Positions 26,747 to 37,960 of a stretch of 64,000 nt of DNA are shown piece by piece. Position numbers and translations under genes: made by a program. Below the pieces are notes generated by a model. That model was not told the origin of the DNA. It did not search any database and saw only the letters and a program-made list of their open reading frames with translations. Source of the stretch: Octopus sinensis (lineage: Eukaryota); NCBI RefSeq assembly GCF_006345805.1, contig NC_042999.1, positions 74,834,001 to 74,898,000 of the forward strand, in the 5' to 3' direction. How positions within the stretch are numbered: the first letter of the stretch is position 1; every line of letters starts with the position of its first letter.

Positions 26747-27122
26747 AAACCTGGGAGAGACGGATATATACGAGGCGACTGTATCAATGCCTCGGGAATA
26801 TCTGTCTTAAAATTTTCAAGACCAACGCATTCGCGCCAAACTTATCGGCAGCAAATATAAACTGCCGATTCAATCTCAGAATTAGTCAGAAAATTATCAA
26901 TTAATCAATTTAGGGTAGCAAAAAATTCAGTAAAAATTTATCGCTACCAGCGGCCTAATGGAAAAGAGAAAATAGTCAAAGACTAAATATGTATAAATAT
27001 AACAATTTAGGAATGGCCTAGACAGGCCATTCGTCCACTAGAAAGAGCAGCCATAACTCCAACCGCCAAGTAGTGTAATTCGGAAATAAGGTGAAAATTT
27101 AAAAACATTTACCCTAATTCAT

Positions 27123-27221
27123 CTTTTATACGATGCATCGTTTCAGTGTCTTTAATGATAGACCAGCTTAATTAAATTAAATTAAGCTAGTCTACCATAG
27201 GTCACACTTCATCAGTAAAAG
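27123..27221 (-). ncRNA. Type I hammerhead ribozyme, array copy 2
   Basis: Same sequence as copy 1, offset +475. Confidence 0.85.
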
Positions 27222-27597
27222 AAACCTGGGAGAGACGGATATATACGAGGCGACTGTATCAATGCCTCGGGAATATCTGTCTTAAAATTTTCAAGACCAA
27301 CGCATTCGCGCCAAACTTATCGGCAGCAAATATAAACTGCCGATTCAATCTCAGAATTAGTCAGAAAATTATCAATTAATCAATTTAGGGTAGCAAAAAA
27401 TTCAGTAAAAATTTATCGCTACCAGCGGCCTAATGGAAAAGAGAAAATAGTCAAAGACTAAATATGTATAAATATAACAATTTAGGAATGGCCTAGACAG
27501 GCCATTCGTCCACTAGAAAGAGCAGCCATAACTCCAACCGCCAAGTAGTGTAATTCGGAAATAAGGTGAAAATTTAAAAACATTTACCCTAATTCAT

Positions 27598-27696
27598 CTT
27601 TTATACGATGCATCGTTTCAGTGTCTTTAATGATAGACCAGCTTAATTAAATTAAATTAAGCTAGTCTACCATAGGTCACACTTCATCAGTAAAAG
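27598..27696 (-). ncRNA. Type I hammerhead ribozyme, array copy 3
   Basis: Same sequence as copy 1, offset +950. Confidence 0.85.
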
Positions 27697-28217
27697 AAAC
27701 CTGGGAGAGACGGATATATACGAGGCGACTGTATCAATGCCTCGGGAATATCTGTCTTAAAATTTTCAAGACCAACGCATTCGCGCCAAACTTATCGGCA
27801 GCAAATATAAACTGCCGATTCAATCTCAGAATTAGTCAGAAAATTATCAATTAATCAATTTAGGGTAGCAAAAAATTCAGTAAAAATTTATCGCTACCAG
27901 CGGCCTAATGGAAAAGAGAAAATAGTCAAAGACTAAATATGTATAAATATAACAATTTAGGAATGGCCTAGACAGGCCATTCGTCCACTTATTTTCTCTT
28001 TTCCATTAGGCCGCTGGTAGCGATAAATTTTTACTGAATTTTTTGCTACCCTAAATTGATTAATTGATAATTTTCTGACTAATTCTGAGATTGAATCGGC
28101 AGTTTATATTTGCTGCCGATAAGTTTGGCGCGAATGCGTTGGTCTTGAAAATTTTAAGACAGATATTCCCGAGGCATTGATACAGTCGCCTCGTATATAT
28201 CCGTCTCTCCCAGGTTT

Positions 28218-28316
28218 CTTTTACTGATGAAGTGTGACCTATGGTAGACTAGCTTAATTTAATTTAATTAAGCTGGTCTATCATTAAAGACACTGAAACG
28301 ATGCATCGTATAAAAG
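28218..28316 (+). ncRNA. Type I hammerhead ribozyme, array copy 4 (inverted arm); predicted cleavage after GUA at 28310
   Basis: CTTTTA 28218-23, CTGATGA 28224-30, AGTGT/ACACT stem II with an 18-bp extension, GAAAC 28295-99, palindromic ACGATGCATCGT stem III, GTA 28308-10, TAAAAG 28311-16. Confidence 0.85.
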
Positions 28317-28692
28317 ATGAATTAGGGTAAATGTTTTTAAATTTTCACCTTATTTCCGAATTACACTACTTGGCGGTTGGAGTTATGGCTGCTCTTTCTA
28401 GTGGACGAATGGCCTGTCTAGGCCATTCCTAAATTGTTATATTTATACATATTTAGTCTTTGACTATTTTCTCTTTTCCATTAGGCCGCTGGTAGCGATA
28501 AATTTTTACTGAATTTTTTGCTACCCTAAATTGATTAATTGATAATTTTCTGACTAATTCTGAGATTGAATCGGCAGTTTATATTTGCTGCCGATAAGTT
28601 TGGCGCGAATGCGTTGGTCTTGAAAATTTTAAGACAGATATTCCCGAGGCATTGATACAGTCGCCTCGTATATATCCGTCTCTCCCAGGTTT

Positions 28693-28791
28693 CTTTTACT
28701 GATGAAGTGTGACCTATGGTAGACTAGCTTAATTTAATTTAATTAAGCTGGTCTATCATTAAAGACACTGAAACGATGCATCGTATAAAAG
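28693..28791 (+). ncRNA. Type I hammerhead ribozyme, array copy 5 (inverted arm); predicted cleavage after 28785
   Basis: Same sequence as copy 4, offset +475. Confidence 0.85.
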
Positions 28792-28911
28792 ATGAATTAG
28801 GGTAAATGTTTTTAAATTTTCACCTTATTTCCGAATTACACTACTTGGCGGTTGGAGTTATGGCTGCTCTTTCTAGTGGACGAATGGCCTGTCTAGGCCA
28901 TTCCTAAATTG

Positions 28912-28943
<32 letters not shown>

Positions 28944-29844
28944 CTACATTATTACATTATATGTGGTGATACCACATCCAATATATATATTGAATGTGGT
29001 ATATGTATTGCAATATATATATTGGATATGGTATCACCACTGATGTTTCTTTAGTATCTGATGTCGTTGTTGCTGTTACTGGAGTTGCTGCCACTGGACG
29101 TGATTCTGGTAGTTCCATTTCTGATGGCATAACTGCCGTTTCCGCCTGAAAAGTTGTTATTGGTATTGTCTCTGCTGCTTGATGCACAACCGTCGCCATC
29201 GGCGTTACCGCTGTCATTGTTGTTGTTGTTAATGTTGTTGTCAGCAGATGTGTCGTTGCTACTTAGGCTGTTACTCTGGCTACCATTGTTCAGTTCATAA
29301 ATTCGTTAAAAATAAATTATGCACTTACACCATAATTTTCTAGCATAATTTAGATCCGCATGGGACTTAAAAGACAAACATTAAACAGATACCTTTCAAT
29401 TTGACGCCTCACCCGCACAGTCAAAATGACCAATTTTTCAATTTCAAGAGGCTTGTGTAGTCACAAAAATGGATTTAGAACCTTGTCACTTTGTATACCT
29501 CATTTTTTTGACCCACACAGTGCAATGGTGCAATCAGAAAACATTTTTACCCTGAAAACGGGATACCCTAATATATGGATACACATACACCAATATAAAT
29601 AAATAAACGCAAATATGTATATATACACATATGCACACACACACAAAGAACAAATACACACATACATATATATATATTTACGCAAGTATTCTCATTTATA
29701 CATACATACATACACACACACATACATACATACAAATAGATGCATACACTTACATATATACACACAAAACATACTAACTTATACATATAATATTTATCCC
29801 TACATAAACGTGTATATTCTATTAGAACAAACTATACTGCGGTA

Positions 29845-30760
29845 GTTACGCTAGTACGTCTGGACTTTGAAAGAAAGCACCTCGGAGTACAGCATAAAGT
29901 GGAAGATCCAAGATCCTAGAAAGATGCAAACCCTACTTCAATAGCAACAGGAAGTGCAGATAATGCCTGGTTGAGAAGAGAGTAGTTTTAAAAGGAGCTC
30001 AACGCCCGGGTGTTTATCTGAATCGCAGGACTGAGACGTTTAATCCTTGGCCACATGAAAGGAAGTACATGCTATCGTATCTGCGCGCCCCACCATGACT
30101 ACACCCACAGGTCCCCTGCCTCGACCTACCGCAAACGACTAATGCCCTTGGGCTCGGTAAAAAGAGTTTGACCAAAGCACATACCAAGGCACCCATAAAA
30201 CACACACGCTCAAACCCCTATAAGGTGGATACCCCACAATTTAAACTGTATTTTCCCCCAACACATACCCCTTCACACAAATTGTACCCCCACATATACA
30301 CAGATCCGACACACACATTACACACTGCACAATAACATAACGCCCCCACCCACGACCAAAGAACACAGCTATATATACCTACACCCCCAGAAAAAATTAT
30401 ACACATGACACCACTACACATACCATGCACCCCATCCCCATAGGAGCAGCACATTAATAATGCACACTTTCCCCACTTCAAGATAACTACTGCCGGCTTC
30501 ATAGCATATCCAACCAAGGTAAACTAACCTCTAAACTAATCCTCTGGCCCCATTTTCGTCCCACCACCTTTTCCACTGCAACTTCTGACCGGTTGTGCTA
30601 ATCCACCTCCGACAGTAGAGAGCAGTCACCATATTCCCTTCCGTATCGGCTAACTCTGATGTGTGTAAAGTTATATAATCGGGTTGTTACCTTATACTCC
30701 ATTGTATTCTTTACCCGAAACCGATTGGTAAGACCAGCCGTGATGGATATTTAATACTAT
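29845..30760 (+). mobile_element. Penelope-like element 3' end (GIY-YIG C-terminal extension, AC-rich UTR, degenerate HHR)
   Basis: YVWTLKE...IKWKI.LERCKPY...KCR*CLVEK...LNRRTE...HERKYML across a small duplication; HHR-like motif 600 nt downstream on the same strand. Confidence 0.75.
30647..30741 (+). ncRNA. Degenerate hammerhead ribozyme downstream of a PLE endonuclease C-terminus
   Basis: CGGCT..CT-CTGATGT-GTGTAAAG...CTTTTACCC-GAAAC-CGATTG-GTA-AGACCAGCCG; core A9 changed to T and imperfect stems. Confidence 0.5.
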
Positions 30761-30769
30761 ACAGTTCGG

Positions 30770-30772
30770 ATA

Positions 30773-30853
<81 letters not shown>

Positions 30854-31015
30854 CATACACAACGGGCTTCTTTCAGTTTCCATCTATCAATTCCACTCAC
30901 AAAGCTTTGGTCGACCCAAGGTTACAGCAGAAAACACTTGCTCTACGTGTCACGCACTGTGACTGATTGCATTACCATGTGGTTAGGAAGCAAGCTTCTT
31001 ACCACACAGCCACGC
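30770..31015 (-). mobile_element. Family B SINE
   Basis: Reverse complement of the 20714 family head and core. Confidence 0.7.
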
Positions 31016-31024
31016 ATATTCATA

Positions 31025-31418
<394 letters not shown>

Positions 31419-32003
31419 CTCTCTCTCTCTCTCTCTCTCACTGAACAATGATGATGGCGATGATAATAAATCCAGACAATTTTTTGAAAAATAACTTTAT
31501 CAAAACAAGACCCTCTTAGAGTAGCCATTTTTAAAGGCCAAGAATCAACTCATCACTTTCTATTGAAAGAACTGACCAGCTGTATAGATGTAAACATGCT
31601 TTTTTCTTCTTTCCCTCTTCCTTCTTTCTTTCCTTCTGTTTTTCATTGACACTCCTTTCAGATACACAGGCACACACACACACACACGCAAATACACACA
31701 CACACAAATACACACACACACAAATACACACACACACAAATACACACACACACAAATACACACACACTCTCTCTCTCTCCCTTTCTCCCTATTCCTCACC
31801 CTCTTTTACTATCCTATATCTCTCTCCACCCTTACACACTCAATAATATTATAAAAAGAGACGAATCCCCCCCCAAAATTCAAATCTGAAGAATCTACTA
31901 GAGCAGATGCAAGCGCTAATATGTGATTTATAAAAAACATGTGACATATTAATAAAAATCTGTAAATGTACATCCAGATCTCTGTGTACCTTATTTTTTC
32001 TTA

Positions 32004-32085
<82 letters not shown>

Positions 32086-32099
32086 CACACACACATAAG

Positions 32100-32420
32100 C
32101 ACCCACTACCTACTTTTCTACTTTCTACTTGTTTCAGACATTAGACTGCTGCCATTCTGGAGCGGTGCCTTGAAGAGTTTTGTTGAAGAAATCGACCTCA
32201 TCACTTATTCTATCCGTCACTTTTTGCTAACCTTTGAATTACGGAGATATAAATAAACCAATACCGGTTGTCAAGCATTGACAGCACAAACACAAAGATA
32301 CAGATACACACATGCGCACACATATATAACGGTCTTCTTTCAGTTTGCGTCTGACAAATCCACTCACTTTGGTCGGCCGGGCTATAGTAGAAAACACTTG
32401 CAACAGTACCGCACGTGAAA
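32100..32420 (-). mobile_element. Family B SINE (partial)
   Basis: Shares the CTTCTTTCAGTTT...AAATCCACTCAC core and the 3' half with 20714-21120. Confidence 0.65.
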
Positions 32421-33147
32421 GAAAAAAAATGTTTGCCATAGATCCTCTTGGGTTCATAGAGGGAGAGTTGTAATGGAATGGTAGCTTCTTCCCATCTTCT
32501 CTGTTTCACCCATTAATTCTTCTTCTCTCTCACGCAAACACCCATATACCCACTCATATACCCATCCTTCTCAGACAACGTCGCATTAAGACTTATATTA
32601 TTGTATGCTTTGTGTAAGAACATTAAATGCCAACTTATATGTTTAAAGGTAAGTTTAATATTTGGCTTGTTCTCTTTCATGTAGTTCTAATGAACAAAAT
32701 TTTAGCTCGGTTAGTATATGTATGTGTATATATATGAATATCTCTCTCTCTATGTGTGTATTTGTATAAGTGTGTGTGTGTATCATGTATGTATGCGTGT
32801 GTGTGTGAGTGTATGTATATATACATATATACAAATATATATATACAAATAAATGAAAGGTACAATATAACCAAATGGTTTAAGAAGTTTACTTTACAAT
32901 CATGATGTCTTCGTTTCGATGCTCTAACAATCCTGCATAAATGTGTGTATGTATGTGTGTGTGAGTGTGTGTGTGTGTGTGTGTGAACATACACATGAAT
33001 ATGCATGCATGTGGTTTATTGCATCTGTCTGTTGGTGTAAATGAACCAACAATGTTAATGTTCTCTATTCTGTGGAATATTCAATATTGCATGAGTCATT
33101 ATTGAATATCATATACTACAAAATAAATTATATCTATCTATACTTAC

Positions 33148-33241
33148 GGTGAGCATGTCCAAATACAGTTAAAGCTGCAAATACGAACAATGTCAGATAG
33201 GTATGACGAGACAGACAAGGATATGTCTTCATTTTCATCAT
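33148..33241 (-). CDS. SRCR-MAM-MAM secreted protein, coding exon 1 (signal peptide MMKMKTYPCLSRHTYLTLFVFAALTVFGHAH)
   Basis: Minus strand: polypyrimidine tract + TTTACAG acceptor immediately followed by ATG; hydrophobic core LTLFVFAALTVFG; ends at GTAAGT donor in phase 1, compatible with the SRCR exon at 18740 (94 bp). Confidence 0.7.
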
Positions 33242-33619
33242 CTGTAAATAAATAGATTATAAAATATGACATATTATTGATAAAAAAGTTACCTCTGCAG
33301 GTTAGTTGTAAATGTGTTAGTACTGTTCAAAGTATTGCTAGTTCAGATAAAGCATAGAACATTATGACGATAGGGATGATACTCATCATAATGATGAGAA
33401 ATTTGTTAGTGGTGGTGATACAACTGGTAATCGGGACATGAGTTTATATATGCATACATATACAGTGATTTTCCTGTTAGCTGAAGAGTTCAAATAACTA
33501 TGAAATATATACGGAGTTTTGCATTTTTTTCAGATTAAAAATATATCAGTCATAAACTACTATTACTTTTGGCATATCTAACCTAACTGGCTATTTAAAG
33601 TCATACATGTGATATATTT

Positions 33620-34045
33620 TCCACTCCAAACAGATTAGGTGCTAGAACATAACAGACCAGACCTAGTGGTGGTCAACAAGATGTACCACGTTCTATATAG
33701 CTGATGCTGCATGCCCCCTTGACCCACGAATAGTGAAGAAGGAAGGCGAAAAAATAGATAAATACAACACTCTTAGGTGTGAAATAGCCCTGTTATGGAA
33801 AATGAAGAAGATGAAGACAGTGCCAATTATTGTTGAGTCTTTGGGCACAGTATCAGAAGGCATCCAGAGGAAGATAAAGGAAATCGGAATAGAGTGCCCA
33901 ATAGAACCGTTACAAAATGTTTGCTTCGTTGGCACGTCCAGAATAATCAGTAAAGTACTTGATGGTTGAAAAGAAGAGATAGCGGAGTACTGTATGCTGC
34001 GGGGTAATGTAGGCTGCTTATAACGCATGCAAGACTCCAGGAAGT
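33620..34045 (+). mobile_element. Dong/R4-like (restriction-like endonuclease) LINE 3' fragment
   Basis: EHNRPDLVVV...KEGEKIDKY...VPIIVESLG; followed by (AAT/AAC)n. Confidence 0.75.
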
Positions 34046-34049
34046 AATG

Positions 34050-34117
<68 letters not shown>

Positions 34118-34165
34118 AACAACAATAACAATGATAACAAAAACAATAATAACAATAACAACAAT

Positions 34166-34198
<33 letters not shown>

Positions 34199-34214
34199 AA
34201 TAATGATAATAACA

Positions 34215-34377
34215 TATAATATACAGAAAATTGCACTACTGGGCACTGCACACATCCTACGCAAAACACTTTCAATACAGTAATCATCAGAGCACTACAA
34301 CAAATCACAACACATACCCAAGGCACGCAGAGCTGCGCTCAGTAGTGAAGTAAAAGCACGCTATAAAAATAGAACTA

Positions 34378-34461
<84 letters not shown>

Positions 34462-35230
34462 AAGAAATAGACAAAGCAAAATACCAACAATCGCTAAGAA
34501 GCTCAAGACTCAAAGCAGAGACTGAAGAATTTTTAATTGCAGTACAAGACCAAAGTCTTCTCACCAGTATTTATCAAAAATATGTAATGAAAAGAAACAT
34601 AAGTAGCTGCAGAATATGTGGAGATGGACAAGAAACAATAAACTATACTGTCATTGGCTGCCCAGTCCTGGTTAAGAAGGAATATATTCACAGACATAAC
34701 AGGGCTGGGACTTATATACACTGGATGGCATAGGCACACACTAGAAAAGGTCACAGAAAATGAGAAAGCAACCATACTTTGGGATATGCTAATACACACA
34801 GATAGAGAAATTAAGGCCAACAGGCCAGATATAGTTATCAGTGATCATCAAGAAAAATGCTTTCTAATCGATGCATCAATACCAATAGATGACAACGTTT
34901 CTTTAAAAGAAACGGACGAACTTTCAAAATACAAAAACCTGGAAATAGGTAACTCGAATGTGGAGTCTAAAAGCAGAAACAATTTGTATCATAATAGGCG
35001 CATTAGGTATGATAAAAAATATTCAGACAAATACATAGCAAAAACACCAGAACTAACAAATATATATAACATACAGAAAATAGCACTACTAGGCACCGCA
35101 CACATCCTACGTAAAACACTTTCAATACAGTAACAGCAAGAGCATCACAACAAACTACAGCTCATACCCAAGGCACACAGAGCTGCGCTCAGTAGTGTAA
35201 TGAAAACACATGATGAAAATAAGACTAATG
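34215..35230 (+). mobile_element. Two tandem Dong/R4-like 3' ends separated by (AAT)n(AAG)n
   Basis: YNIQKIALLGTAHILRKTLSIQ* plus the same 3'UTR at 34215-34380 and about 35065-35230; CRICG zinc knuckle and RPDIV..DASIP..EKY motifs in the longer copy. Confidence 0.85.
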
Positions 35231-35661
35231 AATAAAAATAATAATATTGATGATGATGATGATGATGATTTCATTTATTTACCCCAAGGGCGAAGGATGT
35301 GGGGGACAATACAAAGAGAGACATAAAATATGGGGGTTTACATATAATGAAATGATAAAGAAAATGGTAAGAAAGTATACATAGTATACACTGAAAAAGA
35401 AGGGACAATGCATAGCATACAAAGGTTTAAAAAAAATAAAGAGGGAGGGGAAGAAGATAGAGATGTGCCCCTCCTAATACAGGAAGGCCTCTAGGGATAA
35501 TCGAGAAACCCCACTGTCCGAGATTTCCCTGAAACCCCAGTTTCTCCAATTCATTCTCTCCGACTCACAGGTCTACACTTAGAGAGGTACCATCCACTCT
35601 TGCCATTTTCGCAACTTTAAAATACCTTGAGAATGAGAACCCAGGTTCGAAATTTCCCCAA

Positions 35662-35707
35662 GACACTTAAAGTAGGCTGGAGGGTATATCAGTCGAAACG
35701 TTGAGTC
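35662..35707 (+). ncRNA. Strongly degenerate hammerhead-like remnant
   Basis: GACAC/GAGTC stem I (one mismatch), GGCTG/CAGTC stem II, GAAAC-GTT; the CUGANGA half is decayed to TTAAAGT. Confidence 0.3.
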
Positions 35708-35819
35708 AACAACAAACAAGATGAGGACAAATATCCGTCGAATGTAAATGATGTACATAATTCCTCGTCTCTTAATTATAGAACTGTATCTTCAAACTTT
35801 CTCCTGTGATTTCAAACTT

Positions 35820-36540
35820 CCTGAAGCACAACATGTCAATGTGGAATTATACCTCTCTAATGGAGAACTGACCACAAGAAATATCAATATCAACTGCGGC
35901 ATTTTCCAAGGTGACTCACTTTCACCTTTAATTTTTTGCATGGCCTTAATACCGCTTACAAGTAAACTTAACTGAACGGGGTATGGATATAAAATTGGCG
36001 ATAAGAAAATAAATCATCTATTGTATATGGATGTCTTAAAGCTCTATGGCAAAGACAATAATGAGCTTGAAGGACTACCACGAACTGAGAAAGCATTCAG
36101 TGATGACATCGGGGTGGAATTTGGTTTTGATAAATGTAACACGGCCACTTTCTAGAAAGGGAAATCGAAGACCTTACATTCAGTAGTGTTAGATGTGGAC
36201 ACAGTCATAAAAGAACTCGATCAGGAGCAAACTTACAAATACCTCGGAATAAATGAGGGTTCTGGCATTCAGCATGCAAGTATGAAACAGAATATCAGAA
36301 AAGAATGTCACAAGAAAGTTCAAGTAGTCCTAAACTCCGAGTTAAATGTATGCAACAAGGTGTTAGTTATAGATTCCTTAGCGGTTCCAGTTGTTATTTA
36401 GAATTTGAATGTGTTTAATTGGAATATGAGCGAAATAAGGAAGATTGACAAGAAAATCTGTAAGCTGCTGACTTGCAATAAAATGTATTACCCAAAGGCA
36501 GACACAGATCGTCTTTACCTACCCAGAGCACTAGGAGGTG
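35820..36540 (+). mobile_element. Dong/R4-like RT fragment
   Basis: GIFQGDSLSPLIF, HLLYMDVLKLY, YKYLG, RLYLPR..GG. Confidence 0.85.
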
Positions 36541-36603
36541 TGACTTTGATGGCATGTGCTGCTCTCTCACTCAATAATAATAATAATAATAATAATAATG
36601 ATG

Positions 36604-36649
<46 letters not shown>

Positions 36650-36654
<5 letters not shown>

Positions 36655-37712
36655 TTTTGTCTTGGTATAAAAGATAGGCTACAGCAAATATTCTGCTCAA
36701 TACCACAGATTTGCTTGTCAGTTGTTTGACCTTAACCAGTTGAGCATATCCCTTAGTGGCTGACGATATGTGCATCTCTGATCACGAGCAGAAGTAGTGG
36801 GGGAGCATCATAGCCATGTGTTGAGAGGGATTCTTTGGGGTTTGAATAATTCACCTCTGGAAACATGGGTGGTTCTTTCAACATCCTTAAACAACCCTTA
36901 TTCAGGGACCTTTTGAGCGGGATGGGCTACTCGACCTGAAGAAAATTCTAACTGGGCACCACCTGCAAGGTCACATGCTGTTTACCTTGATATGAGATCA
37001 CCATGTCGCGCACATATGGTTGTGATGCATGTGCCTGGTGTACCTTTATCAGACGGGTAGTCATGATGGGTATATTGGGCTTCGTATATTTTACCCCAGT
37101 GTCACTTTGATGGCATGAACTGCTCTCTCACTCAATAATAATAATAATAATAATAAATGCCCTGATGCAGTACCAGGCAGTGGCTCTCATGGCTTTTGAT
37201 CTTAACTGATTGGAAGTGTTATCATGTACATTGTTTTGTCTTGGTATAAAAGATGGGCTACAGCAAATATTCTGCTCAATACCACAGATTTGCTTGTCAG
37301 TTGTTTGACCTTAACCAGTTGAGCATGTCCCTTAGTGGCTGACGATATGTGCATCTCTGATCACGAGCAGAAGTAGTGGGGGAGCATCATAGCCACGTGT
37401 TGAGAGGGATTCTTTGGGGTTTGAATAAGTCACCTCTGGAAACATGGGTGGTTTTTTCAACATCCTTAAACAACCCTTATTCAGGGACCGTTTGAGCGGG
37501 ATGGGCTACTCAACCTGAAGAAAATTCTAACTGGACCCCACCTGCAAGGTCATATGCTGTTTATCTTGATATGAGATCACCATGTCGCGCACATATGGTT
37601 GTGATGCATGTGCCTGGTGTACCTTTATCAGACGGGTAGTCATGATGGGTATATTGGGCTTCGCATATTTTACCCCAGTGTCACTTTGATGGCATGAACT
37701 GCTCTCTCACTC

Positions 37713-37715
<3 letters not shown>
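36650..37715 (+). mobile_element. Two head-to-tail copies of a roughly 550-bp non-coding element with (AAT)n tail
   Basis: 36650-37135 (5'-truncated) and 37160-37712 are highly similar; both end ...CTGCTCTCTCACTC(AAT)n. Confidence 0.8.
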
Positions 37716-37793
<78 letters not shown>

Positions 37794-37807
37794 GAGAAGA
37801 AGAAGAA

Positions 37808-37960
37808 TTCATTCTACTATAGGCCCAAGGCCTGATATTTGTTAGGACGGGACTAGTCGATTACATCGACCCACAATACTCAACTGGTACTTAATTTATC
37901 AACCCCGAAAGGATGAAAGGCAAAGTCGGCCTCGGCTGAATTTGAACTTAGAGCGTAAAG
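37808..37960 (-). mobile_element. Family C SINE (3' part)
   Basis: Reverse complement of GCCTTTCATCCTTTCGGGG...AAGTACCAG core. Confidence 0.7.

Larger units (their letters stand above)
26427..28917. mobile_element. Hammerhead-ribozyme tandem/inverted array of 475-bp units (non-LTR retrozyme or PLE pseudo-LTR-like), inserted in (TA)n
   Basis: CAATTTAGGGTAGC recurs at 26431, 26906, 27381, 27856 (period 475). From 27990 the sequence is the reverse complement of 27924 backwards, up to 28917. Both ends abut (TA)n; each full unit carries one HHR. Confidence 0.9.

Noticed and set aside
26427-28917. CRISPR array or ordinary satellite interpretation of the 475-bp repeats
   Set aside because: No unique spacers and eukaryotic context. 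The ribozyme, inversion and defined ends fit a retroelement-derived array better. An assembly artefact is not fully excluded but is disfavoured by different flanks and end registers.
28957-29280. Thr/Ala-rich ORF (mucin-like) on the minus strand
   Set aside because: Degenerate trinucleotide low-complexity sequence, no convincing splice sites, and not needed for the gene model.
37160-37520. Possible HDV-like ribozyme at the 5' end of the 550-bp element (GCCCTGA / TCAGGG pairing)
   Set aside because: P2, P3, P1.1 and the catalytic J4/2 could not be assembled.
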